A stretch of 63,116 bases of DNA, filler included, from Perkinsus chesapeaki ATCC PRA-425 (lineage: Eukaryota; Protista; Perkinsozoa): the NCBI GenBank assembly GCA_013115145.1. It is 5 parts of 5 records of this genome, joined end to end, with 100 filler letters (N's around TTAATTAATTAA, not from the genome) between each part and the next. Parts side by side here need not be neighbours in the genome. Positions count along the whole stretch, not along the records: positions 27,507 to 41,661 come from JAAPAO010000759.1; positions 41,762 to 56,368 come from JAAPAO010000746.1; 3 more parts are not named here. The stretch is one strand, 5' to 3'. Position 1 is the stretch's first letter. Each line of letters opens with the position of its first letter. Below the pieces are notes generated by a model that was not told the origin of the DNA, did not search any database, and saw only the letters and a list, made by a program, of their open reading frames with translations. Both the position numbers and the translations under genes were made by a program. Positions 37,136 through 48,499 of this stretch are shown here, piece after piece.

Positions 37136-38300
37136 TCACCCTCCTGACAGTGTATGCAGGTACAATCCAAAGTCAAGCAGTCTTAAACGGGAGATGGGCA
37201 AACTAGTGGAGGAGCTACCACAGGCAGTGGAGGGTATTGTGGATAGCATGGCCAAGAATCCAGCTACGGCAAGGTAGTGGTTGCGGAATAAGGATAACAA
37301 AAGTACAGCAGCAGCATCGGCCCGATGGAGTGAAGTAACTCTTCCCATTCGATAGTGTTTTTCTGATACGAAGCTTCGGCAACGAGTCCCACATTGAGAA
37401 TCGAAAACAGGAGGATACCTAATCCGTAGCTGGTCATTAAACTTTTGCCCGAGACCACACTTCATTTAGTCGGGGCGAATTTCCGAGTCCGGACATAGCA
37501 ATAACGTTATTGAAAACTAATCGCACTTGTAGTTCCGGTCATGATTACTTCTCCTCCATTCGATGACTAAGCTTACCGTAGCTATGTACACCACGGGCGA
37601 TGTTGAAATCCAAGTTTCTGTTTCAGCCCAAGTTCCCTAACTACTGCCCATCTTAAAGTGGAATTTCGCATATGAACTCTCCCAACATTGATGAAATACT
37701 CCTCACTGGACTTGATTTCTGAAAAGAATGCATCATTTCGAGCTTCTAATGTCGAATATCAGGGACGGCCTTCGACAGTACGAGACCTTGGTTAAGAGTA
37801 TCTTTCACGGTCTTGAAGTCCTGCGGGAGCATGAAGCCAAACGATTGGCCCTGCAACTTGCACATGACCAAGTGGAGGATCTCAGGTAGGCGATTCTGTT
37901 AAATAGGAAAATACTAGGTATGCGTCGTAGATGAATGCCTTCTTCATGTGTGATGGAACTACGCCAGTCTGTGCATTGAGTTAAAGCGGCATGAAAAGTG
38001 CGAATATATTTCGTGAAGTGCAATTCAAGTCAAGCTACATCAACTTAACTGCTAGAGCGAGCTGGGATAGGAGAACTTGAGTCAATTTAGTGCCGCCTCG
38101 ATCAACTATAACTCTGCTCCTCCTTGAACGCTGCTGAAACTGCACTGTTTCTGCTTCAGCACATATCCGCGTCGCAACTTATTGGGCATTAATTCCATTC
38201 TCTTGCTTCCAGGTCAACGCTAACCGACCTGAGAGCTGCCACGTCCAAGGCGAAGGAAGCACTCGGGCGGCCGTCGGCGGTTGGAGATAGTGATCAACAA
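37136..38300 (-). CDS. Possible multi-exon membrane protein
   Basis: Hydrophobic exon-like segments (GLGILLFSILNVGLVAEA, LAVAGFLAMLSTIPS) with minus-strand splice sites; structure unresolved. Confidence 0.3.
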
Positions 38301-38647
38301 TTAGCCATTGGGGAGGTTATGTCAATTAAGACTGAAGGCTTATCAATCTCCAGGGAGGATCCAAGCCCTAAACGAAGGAAACGAAAATAATGTTTTAATC
38401 TTTGGTGTCGACTTGAGTTGGTTTAACCCTAGTCCAGGGCCGGAGCAACTGTTACTCATCAATTCGACGTCCAGAGATGTTCGAGCATGAGAACCTGGTT
38501 ACTACCATGCTGATTGTTCGATAGTCATTCTTTCAATCTGAGGTCACCTTGGAATTTTCAGAATCTAGTGGAGGCTTGTGATACTTTATTTATGGAGACT
38601 TGATTTAAACACTCGCTTGCTATCCTAGTTTGCTTGAGACGCCGGCA

Positions 38648-38780
38648 AAGTACATTCTTATAGGAACCACTTTGGAAAGTGCATTTTTTAGGAACCACTT
38701 TGGGAAGTGCATTTTTTAGGAACCACTTTGGGAAGTGCATTTTGTAGGAACCACTTTGGAAAGTGCATTTTGTAGGAACC
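38648..38780 (+). repeat. 28-bp minisatellite, ~4.7 copies, each with internal hairpin CACTTT-GG-(A/G)AAGTG
   Basis: TAGGAACC recurs at 38661, 38689, 38717, 38745 and 38773. Confidence 0.95.
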
Positions 38781-39296
38781 TTTTTTGTTGTTTGCTTAAT
38801 GGTCCGTCTGTCATCTGCCCCGAAGGCGCAAATTTTCTCAAGCTATGGTATGAGTGATTGAATATATGCATTGAACTTCACTGCAGGTACTGATCGATTA
38901 CACCATGAAGGTACAACCCCGACTCTGGATGCCATATCAGCGATGAGACTACTTGTGTTACCAGCCGCAGACCGCCGATCACCGGGAGCTCATGCTGGCA
39001 ATGATGAACGTAAAGCTTGTCTAGATGATATACGTGTGAATTAATAGTGGTGAAGACATTATGTCGATTTCAATCGCTTTTTTGTGAAGCTATTCGTTAA
39101 TATCTCGTTTACTTGCATGATATTGCTTCGTTAATAACGGCTAAACCACTGATAACGATTTAGTACTATAGATCAACCCTACAACACGGAAAACTTAACT
39201 TCGCTCATGAAGGCTTTGCAATCTCTGCTCTCCACATTCTAGTTTTCTCTTCCCGTCTGTACTCTAAGAATTCCTCAATGCTGAGACTGTCGTTGG

Positions 39297-39563
39297 ATGG
39301 TCCCCTGTTTGCTCTGCAATGTCGACTTGTTGAGCAACAGCCCATTGGTCCTTATAGACACTCTTGAGGGAGGTCTTGTGATTAATAGACCCTTCCGTGC
39401 CTTCGGTGTCTACTTAGATTTTAAGCCTAATATCGTGGTACCTTCGCAGTACTCCCACCGATCGATGGACCGAGATATGAAAGGGAGGCTACGAAGAGTC
39501 AAAGACAAACTGATGAAGCTTCGTTCTGGTATTCTTGCTGCTCCCGATTCGTTCTCGCGATGA
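39297..39563 (+). mobile_element. Possible degenerate non-LTR RT C-terminal fragment
   Basis: RAFGVYLDFKPN resembles the KxLGVxLDxKL motif of LINE RTs. Confidence 0.35.
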
Positions 39564-39726
39564 GGACTTCATGATCAGGGATTGAATACAGTACCAACGA
39601 AGATCACTCGTCGGCTTCGTCGGAAGGTAGGTCCGAGCGTCTTACCTCGCAGAGAGTTTTGAGCTTTCAGGTCATCGAGGTAGTTCAACATCACTGCCTC
39701 TAGGCAGTATCGGGGCAACAGCGTTC

Positions 39727-40266
39727 TTGGTTCCACCGAGTGGAAAAGGTGAACTCACCTGTGACGTTCAAATATTTGAGTGTTTAGCAGATTGCCCCCT
39801 TAACCAGCGAAGCACTAATGCAGGCGGTGGTTATGCATCTTGGTCTTACGGTGGCACCGCCGCTGTGCTAAGAAACCACCTCAGAGCGCATCGCCATGAT
39901 AATTTGGTCGCAGAGCTCACTGCAAAGTATGGCACGTCCTCTGCGGGTCGCCGACTCGAGGGAATCGGAAGTGTCGAGAAAGTTAAGACGGACGGCTCCC
40001 ATATGAATAGCAGATCTAGGCGGCAACCGCCACGCGTTCTCGATGAAAATACCATTGAGGCGGTTGTTCGATACAGGGGAGACTTCCACAATCATATAGC
40101 GCAGATTCGGGACACCCGTTTCGAGCTGTGTCGATCAACTTCATGGTACATCTGTGACGTTCTAACTGATCTCTTCCTTCGACAATGCATTGATTCTGTA
40201 CAGTCTTCGATATGTGATGATATCAACACATATGTTGATCGGTTGATAGAATTAGAGATATGTTGA
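39727..40266 (+). mobile_element. BED-zinc-finger-like ORF, probable DNA transposon relic
   Basis: FECLADC...GGTAAVLRNHLRAHRH fits C-x-C...T-x2-L-x2-H-L-x3-H; no intact catalytic domain follows. Confidence 0.45.
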
Positions 40267-40299
40267 GCCAAATAGGCATGGATCATTCATAAATCCCCC

Positions 40300-41661
40300 T
40301 GCCGTGTTGCGTTAGTCAGTCTGAGGAACCAAGGTATATTGAACGAAACGCTTGCAAGCTGATTACTTGTTATCTTCGAAGATATAGATCGATCATCGTA
40401 CCCTTTGTGGATCTCTAACTACCCTGAGGTACGTGGATTCGTCGATAATTATATGGTACCGATCCCCGTCTCTGAGAAGGCAGTAAATCCAGGTGGCTAT
40501 ACAGATGCGGTAAAGCCTATTCTGCCTAGTCTAAGAGCTCGTATACTGTGTGAGAGTATTACACATTGGATACAGCTAATAAAAGAATATCAAGCTGGAA
40601 ATACATGTTACAAGCGAGAGTTAACCTTTTGAGGGGTCCCTTCACGACCAAACTGTATCCGGGAACTGTGACACTCCCTTGCAAAAATACTAAAGCCGAA
40701 GTGCATAGAGCAATTCACGCTCGCGCCGGGAGATATCTCACCAAAAGCATTGCTCTGAACTAAAGAACCAAGGCCCCGACGTTTTTTCCTGTAGAAAATT
40801 GGGTGAGGCACTTTTCAAGTCGCTGGCGTTCTTGCCGGCCAGATACAATAGGCGTGTTGGCGCGCAGATCGTGAAATATCATCTGGTGAACTTTTTCCGT
40901 GAGACTGGAACGCATCACAATAGGCCTCAAGGCGTTTGTACTCTCCCTGTCTAGCTTGGGTTTCTTCAACCTGATTCGGGTGTGTTTCCACAATGGTCTA
41001 AAATTCAGACTCTGAATGCTTCCTCCTAAATTCAATATCAGACCACTGTGGCCGTGCTTGCACACTGCGAGGACTCATGCGTTTCTTGGAACTTATGGCT
41101 AAGGCTGCGAATCGTTTCTTATCAATCAGGGATCCACTGTGTCCTATAAGATTCACTGAAAATTCGCAGGAGGGACTCAGAGTTTCCAGAGAGCTCTAGT
41201 ACATGCCCCAGTTTCACTAGTAGAATTAGTAGTCGTAAAGACATCCTCCCGAGATGCTTCCCGCGGTATGCTCTCAAGCGATAGACGGGATGCGCGTGAA
41301 CAGAAACCTAATTGGAGCATGACCCTCAAACCCGAACTCATCGGAAGCAAACCAGTCCAGAGAGGACTCTTGCGATTAGACCAGAGATAACCAGGCTTCT
41401 TGGCAATGTGCTGAGCCTCGGGATCACTGGGTGTCAGAGTTCTCAACTTCTTAAGATCCAAGTGCTGCTTGACGTCGGCGGACCAGCTGGTGTCATCGAT
41501 TGCTGGGTCAGTAAAGTCTTCGTCGTTGTCGGAGAGGTCGTCTTGATTGGCGGCGTTCATGTTGATGTCGGCAGTCTTGGAGGTACTGGCGGCTTCCGGA
41601 TCGTCATCTAGGGTAGAGCAATCTCTAGCGATAGCGTCAATGAGGGTGACCGTGGGAGATG
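40300..41661 (-). mobile_element. Degenerate LINE (non-LTR) reverse transcriptase region
   Basis: IRLKKPKLDRESTNALRPIVMRSSLTEKVHQMIFHDL resembles KPxK...xRPIxLxSxxxKxxExxI; frames interrupted by stops; truncated at contig end. Confidence 0.6.
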
Positions 41662-41761
41662 NNNNNNNNNNNNNNNNNNNNNNNNNNNNNNNNNNNNNNN
41701 NNNNNTTAATTAATTAANNNNNNNNNNNNNNNNNNNNNNNNNNNNNNNNNNNNNNNNNNNN
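41662..41761. other. Artificial contig linker
   Basis: N44-TTAATTAATTAA-N44. Confidence 0.97.
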
Positions 41762-42413
41762 ATGAGGTGCGTTTGTTGGACCGACTCGATGCTTCGAGGG
41801 CTAGGCACGGCTGTCGCCCACAGCCTACCAGCCCTCCAGACCCACGCGCCCAGGAGCGGGATATTTAACAGCGCGCAAACTCGAGCTCTGAAGTCAGATG
41901 CTCCCCATCCACTCGAGAAAGTTTCTCGGAGAAGCGCGTACCGCGTTATTAATGCAACACCATGAAACAAAAACATGCAAGAAGTGAGATCTGCGTCAGG
42001 CTTGACATGCGAGCTTCACCAAGGCATTAACTCCTCCGAGAAGTCTTCTCGAAGACACCGACTCGGGGGAAGCTCGAGAAACGTCGCCATGGTGTGATTG
42101 ACAGAACTGAAATACTAAGAAGAATGTATTGGAAAAAGACTATGACAGCTAAATGATGTTCGATCCAATGATCTATACAATGAGTTAATACGAGCCTCTG
42201 TCAGCATCTACAGCATCATAAGTCGTGTAAAGCTGTGACTAAACGTTGTGGTTTGGCAGTTTATGGAGGGCGTCTATTGGAATCGAGCTCCATGGAAGGT
42301 ACATTCTATCATCCAACGTATAACAGCATTTGTAAATATGATTATTTCAGCATGTAGGACCGACAGGGACTACCGATTTGTGAGCATTTAGTCTTGCTGA
42401 GCCAATGAAAGGC

Positions 42414-42863
42414 TCATCTAATATGGTCGACAGGAAAGGGCGGTCCTTCGTCGAAGAACATGTTATAGCAACAGTGTAGGCCGCAGGAGTGCCCCTCGAA
42501 GAATACGGTTGTAGAATTCACATTTGAAATAAACCTCAGGACGTCCTTGCACCACGGACAAAGTATGCAGTAAACCGGTGAACTTCCGCCGCAGTTCTGT
42601 TTCGGAAATGTTGACCTACCATGCGGGCCCTGGACGTAAATATCTGCAGTGAAGCGGTCATGCTGTTGCACATCACCTGGTACAGTCAAACGGATGAAAC
42701 TTTCATTAAAGTTCCCCTGAAACTCACCAGGAACTATTTCACAGTCATATCCCATCATACAAAATGATACAAACCACATAGTGAGCATCACAAGAATATA
42801 CTTGATCTTAATGCGAGTACCGATGGACTTGTGGGGACTTGCGAAACCAAAGAAGAGAACCAT
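42414..42863 (-). CDS. Hypothetical, possibly secreted Cys-rich protein
   Basis: 149-aa ORF with hydrophobic ILVMLTMWFVSFCMMG followed by VPGEFQGNF and several Cys; no family recognised. Confidence 0.4.
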   Translation of the reverse strand: MVLFFGFASPHKSIGTRIKIKYILVMLTMWFVSFCMMGYDCEIVPGEFQGNFNESFIRLTVPGDVQQHDRFTADIYVQGPHGRSTFPKQNCGGSSPVYCILCPWCKDVLRFISNVNSTTVFFEGHSCGLHCCYNMFFDEGPPFPVDHIR

Positions 42864-44780
42864 CAGTGAAGATAGTAATAACTAATCTGAAAATATCTCA
42901 TTGTGCTGGAGGCAACCCCTTCTCTCCAAAGAAGTGAAGTTCAAAGCCTCGGACTTAAACTCAGATACTTTACCGCTGATATTGTACAAACTGACGGGGT
43001 TGGATAGGCCCCATCTGATAGGGGCCCACGTAACATCCCAATATGACGGTACCGGATGAAAAGCACTCCAGATTACTTTCCGGTAGCTACGTTAGCTAAA
43101 ATGGCTAGAAGTACTAGCTTTAGGGTCCAGCCTAGTACTACGATGAGCGTTGCACTAGCGGATTCATCGAGGACTATTTCGAGTAAAGTCGCAACTTCAG
43201 TACGCTTCTGCCAGAAGTACCTCCATCAACAGGTGAACTATTACAGTCTGAGCTGTTTAAGAGCCCTCCTAGAGCCGTGCGTGCAGGAGAGAAATACGTG
43301 TTGATTCAACATTGTAGAAATTCGGAAATCACTTTCTCGCTGCAGTTGTTTGGTTTTTTTCTACCCTACACTATGATAGCTGCTGATGTGATAAATGTGT
43401 ACCAGAGAGATGAGCCCAGGATAACCCACGAGCCACTGCGAGTCTCGCAGCAATCTTTTCGAGTTCACTTCGACTCTAGCTCTTGCACCCGAGCTAAGAC
43501 GTACGGGTAACAACGCATCATTTGGTGGAGCGCTCGAGTATTCGAAGTTGCAGCATGTGACAAGTCTTGCCCGCCCTCACTCTACCGAGCTCTGTAGGCC
43601 CCATAGGATAGCGAAAAGGAGCTGTAAAGTCTAGCCCTGAAATATGGCAACTTCAACGAGCGCGATCTTTCCCGCATCCTACGTGTAAATCGTAGTTTGT
43701 ATCATTTGGCGAGCCGATTGCCACGAGAGGAAACATAATTTAATCAACTGTGCCAGCTTCTACAGAACTGACTGGCTGCATAACGGTCATTACTCACCGA
43801 AAAGGGTAGGCCTATTATATGTACAGTACTATCTCCGCATTATTTTTGCAGAGGCAGGGAAAGACTCTAAGTTGAGGTCCACTTGCATATGGGTGAGCGT
43901 GGTGTCCTCCAACCGCGCTAACAACAACCAACGTCTGTACAACACTTTTGACTCGGTAACAGTGTCTCAAGTGATGGAAGTATGGGAGCACTATCGCATC
44001 GCAAGATGGAAGACGACTCCAATTTATCACGTGTGATTAAACAAACTCCCACACAGTTTCGAAGTTCCGTCACCGAAGAGCAACTGAGCGAGTGATACTG
44101 AAGTGGTAGAGGATATGATAGCTGCTAGTAGTGCCACAAGGCTTTCGTTCATTCCACTGGCATTATATGTCATACACCAGTAACTGGGATACTATAAAGT
44201 AGCTGGATTTAATAACTGGTCTTATGGCGTTATGCAGCAGAAAGCGCTTAAATATCTCGGGCCAGTTCGTCCTTTCTCAAAACACTTCAGCACCGTTAAT
44301 CTCCCCCTAGCAAACTAGACCCACTTTTTCTGTATGTGAGCCTCGACTGTCTACTGACATATCCGTTTTACATAGTCACGTTCGCCGGGGTGCCTCGATA
44401 ACCGGGACACAATTCACTAGTTTTTTATTGGCTTAGGACAAACTCATCACAATGCCTCGTCCTTGGTTGTTCCACTCGGAATTCTTGGCGATCATGGTAC
44501 TGTAGCGTAACATTGTGCCATCTGATCTCTGCCTCCCACTGGAATGGCGTGCAACTTGTTTATGTGGAGCTCGTTCGCAGTTCTTTAGACTTCTGTTCGC
44601 CGCATAAAGTATTGTTCACGTAAATCTCCGTTAACGAAATGTGATATACAATAAGCAAATGCAATATGGAGCCGTTATAGAGTCTGCTCTCGATAAACAA
44701 CACTTCGCCTGGCGGAATGACTCACACTAGATAAACACAAACCGCATTACTAATACGACAACACTAAACAGAAACATAAA

Positions 44781-46589
44781 TCATTGGAAGGTGTCTGCCT
44801 CAACATCACCATCTTCCAGTTCTCTAAGATGTTTACAAATGACACTGCCAACCACCCGAGCAGCTTGCTTCACCTGAAAGAGTTCAAATCCTATATGACC
44901 TATTTGCACTGCATTACTTCCTCCTTCGTGGTCATCCGGCCGATAGAGAATCTGAGCGTGCCGAGACCCCACACTGGTTCGACCTTCATCGCTTGCAACA
45001 CAGACGATAGAACATGTTCTCCACTGTGGCAGGCCGAGCCCGCGCTGATAGCCACCCTGTCACCAAGCTCCTTGACAATATCGGCACCCTGCATGCCTTT
45101 GATGCTGATGCTGAGCGTGTTGGCCAGCACCGGGCAACTTGGGTCCTAAAGGCAAGCCAATACGATCCCCTACTTTGGGAGGTTTACATCGAGGGGAGTG
45201 TTCACACGCACGTTCCACTTCCAGGCGTCCTCACCGGCTTCTGAAGTGACGGCTTTCTCGAGATCCTTCAAAAGGATAGTCCGAAGTGAACTACCATACA
45301 ACATGATCAGTATCTTAGGTTGATGCTTACTTCATATGCTCCATGTAAGCCTCAAGATTCTCGTTAACCAGTTCACACGCTTTTCCAAAACCAACTATCC
45401 ACGGCACGTTCTCTGTTCCGCATCTCTCGCCAAATTCCTGAGCACCGGGATACCACTTCCTACCGCCTCCTCCTCCTCTGTCCTGACCTGTCCTCCTCCA
45501 TGCATCAGTTGCTCAATAACAACCCCAGACGGAGCAATTAACGCTCCGATTCCCTTCGGCGCATAAAACTTATGGCCAGCAAGAGTGATCAAATCCGGGC
45601 TACCCAGAGCCTCAACGGTCAATGGGTATTTTCCTGGCGCGTGAAACATTGTATCCCTTCTTGATCTCCATCATTCTCACCAGCACTCTGACTAGCATCA
45701 GTATGAACGATGACATTGCCGTCCACCTCCTCAACAGCTGCGACGATCTCCGCGATTGGCTGCACCGTGCCGACCTCCGCGTTGCCGTGTTGGATCGACA
45801 CCACCGCCGTCTGATGATATAGTACAGCCCCGAAGCTCCACCTTACTTTATACCTTTCCTGGCCTGATCAACGACTTCACCTTTTCCGGGTCAACTCTAC
45901 CCTTTGAGTCTACTGGGCACACTTCACAATCAAAGCCGTGCTCGCTGGCCAACCACTTAACAATCTCAAAAACGCATACATGCTGAGAGAGACAGCAAAT
46001 GGAAAAAAAACAAATAGAATTTAACCATCGACGAGCTTCATAATATTTATTCCTCGTTTATCTTTCAACCGTTTCACATACCATATATGAAACTCTTCCA
46101 CGGCGATGCGGACGAAGCCTTTTAGCTTCACTCGTAGCAATGTCGGTTATCTCGGGACAGACTCCCCATCCTACCTCCACAGCACTTATCAATATATGGT
46201 TCCTTCCACTGTCTTCCCGTTGCTTGAAAGCAGCTCCTTTGATTGCCCAATTTAACGACTCGGTCGCTCCCGAGGTAAAATAAACCTGACCATCCCTTTA
46301 CTCGCCCCCCTCTCTACCATAGCCCTACACTACTATCATCACATCCAAGCATCTTAGCCACTCTCCATCGGCCCTCATCAACAGCTGCTCGAGCACGTCT
46401 GAATGCATCAAAGCTCAACAGGCTCCCTTTTACCATAGACTACCTTCCCTTCACGTGTGAACTGCTAGGGTTGCCAAACCCCTTTCCCGCCAGATATGGC
46501 ATTAGCTCCGACACAACTGCCTCATCGACTGGCGTTGTGGCGTTGTAATCGAGGTAGACGAATTGATCAGTTGCGTCGGCTGCCGACAT
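44781..46589 (-). CDS. Class V PLP-dependent cysteine desulfurase / selenocysteine lyase-like protein (NifS group I), multi-exon
   Basis: [57 protein letters not shown] (PLP Lys), [16 protein letters not shown] (catalytic Cys), LRFSIGR. Confidence 0.93.
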
Positions 46590-46683
46590 TCAATACGATT
46601 CTGATTCGCAACTACATGCCCACTTTCAACGCAAGAGCCTTCAGACTAGATACCCATAACACTTGTGACATGGCTCAGATGCC

Positions 46684-48467
46684 TCAGTCTTCTTCCTCCT
46701 CCTCCTCTTCAAAGCCCAACTCCATCACTCTAACGATGCCATCACCCCCACCGAGAGCCACCAGCTCAGGCTCATCCTGGCCCGAGGAGCATGAAAAGTC
46801 GACAGTGAAGCACCCCTTGTGGATGCCTAAAGCTGCGGATCCCCCCAACACTCCAAGATGCCACTACCAGTGACAGTGCCGATGGTTGACCAACCGCTAT
46901 CGCCGTCGTGGTGCATCACTTTGGCCTCATTAGCCCCACTCCCACCCGCGCAGATGAGATCGCCCGAACGAGCACCTTTATTGAACTCAGCCGCGTACAC
47001 CATACAAGGTTGAGTCACCGACGCCTGCGAAGGACACTGCCATCCAGAGCCGAGCGATTCATTAATAATGCAGTGCAAGTCCTATAGGAGCAAGCCTTCA
47101 CAGTAGGGAGAAGATTCGGGCAACAAAAGGTTACAATCGTAACACTCGCGCGTGGAGAAATGCCCTTGTCGATTGCAGGTGCGAAATCCCGATCCGCGCG
47201 TAAGATGCTGTAAGTAAGAAATGTGTAATTTTCCTAATAAAGGCGTAATTGATGAAACCTTGTAACCGCCGTCACCCCGCTCCTCCACGGTATATCCTCA
47301 ATGAGGGTTCCCTCGGCATAGTCCCAAATCTGAAGCTGCCTGTCGATCCTCCAGCTGCCGGTGAGGATACGTTTGCCATCATTTGTGATGTCGACACTAT
47401 CACCGCAGATGTGAGGACCTGCGGGACCTAATTTTGTGGCGCGCGACAGAAATCCGACGCCGATTGAAAAATGCAGTAAAACGCACCGGAGGGCGAATCG
47501 AACGCCTGCGCCTCCCGACACCCCAGGATTTGAAGTCCTGGCCGAGCACCAGCCCGGGTCACCAGTGCACCGATGAAAAAGACAACATTATTTTATCCTC
47601 ACCAAATATCGAGCGGACGCTATAGCCCTTCCTGACGTCCCAAAACTGCACAGTGTTATCCCAGCCACCGGTGATGATAACATTCGGATCTGTTGGGTGA
47701 TACCTTCACAGTTCCATACCATCACTTAGCAACAGGACATTCCTACTTGAGACTGAAGACCCTATTAGAGTGCCCTGGAGTGTGCAAACTGTCCCCACCT
47801 CTAAGTGGGGCGATCTTAGCTTTTGTATTTTCATCATACACAGTAACGCCTCTGAGTAGGCACAGTAATGCCAACACCTTCGGTGATCGCCACCGAACCT
47901 CTCACGGCCGGCTGTGGCGAACTGACTTCCATCAACAGAATAGTCAACACAGAACAACTGATTGTTCTCCTCGGTCACTTCGTGCATGCACGTACCAGTA
48001 GTGACGTGCCAATGCGACACCTATTAAAACTTCACCACATCTTCTCCCTTCCCAAATGCCCCCACCACTCCCTCAGAATTGACACTAACAAGAACTTTCT
48101 TCGTCTTTGCCGAGCTTCCTTCTGGACGCCAACGCAGTTGCGTGACGGGCTGGACAACGTCGCCTAAATGCAACCTCTATCGGCATCGAACACCCCACGG
48201 AGATTCACCTTTCGGATGAGGATGTAAAGTATAGACTTCCTTGCCGGTGCGACAATTGTATATCTTAATAAGCCCGTTGCTGGTAGAGGCGGCAAGCAGG
48301 GAGTCATCGGGCGAGAATCGAACGCAGAACACCTGGTCGAGCGTGCAAGATCCCCGGAAGGTCGGTTCGTTGACCTCGGCAGGTTGGATGTACTCCTCGA
48401 CAGCCTTCCTCCTGCGCTCAGACTTGATACCGGGGCTCACCACCTGAGAAAGATCTCTCAAGTCCAT
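46684..48467 (-). CDS. WD40-repeat protein, multi-exon
   Basis: VFCVRFSPDDSLLAASTSNGLIKIYN, LFCVDYSVDGSQFATAG, CGDSVDITNDGKRILTGSW...LQIWD, VYAAEF; ends ELGFEEEEEED*. Confidence 0.9.
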
Positions 48468-48499
48468 CCCGAAGTCTCCGGGTGAGGTAAATTAAGTAC

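Noticed and set aside
38648-38780. CRISPR array (28-bp palindromic repeats)
   Set aside because: Repeats are directly adjacent with no spacers, no cas genes, eukaryotic context. The same applies to the 27-bp and 29-bp arrays.
40258-40281. Spliced-leader relic (TTTGGCTCAA on minus)
   Set aside because: Only ~10 nt match the dinoflagellate/perkinsid SL 3' end; expected by chance.
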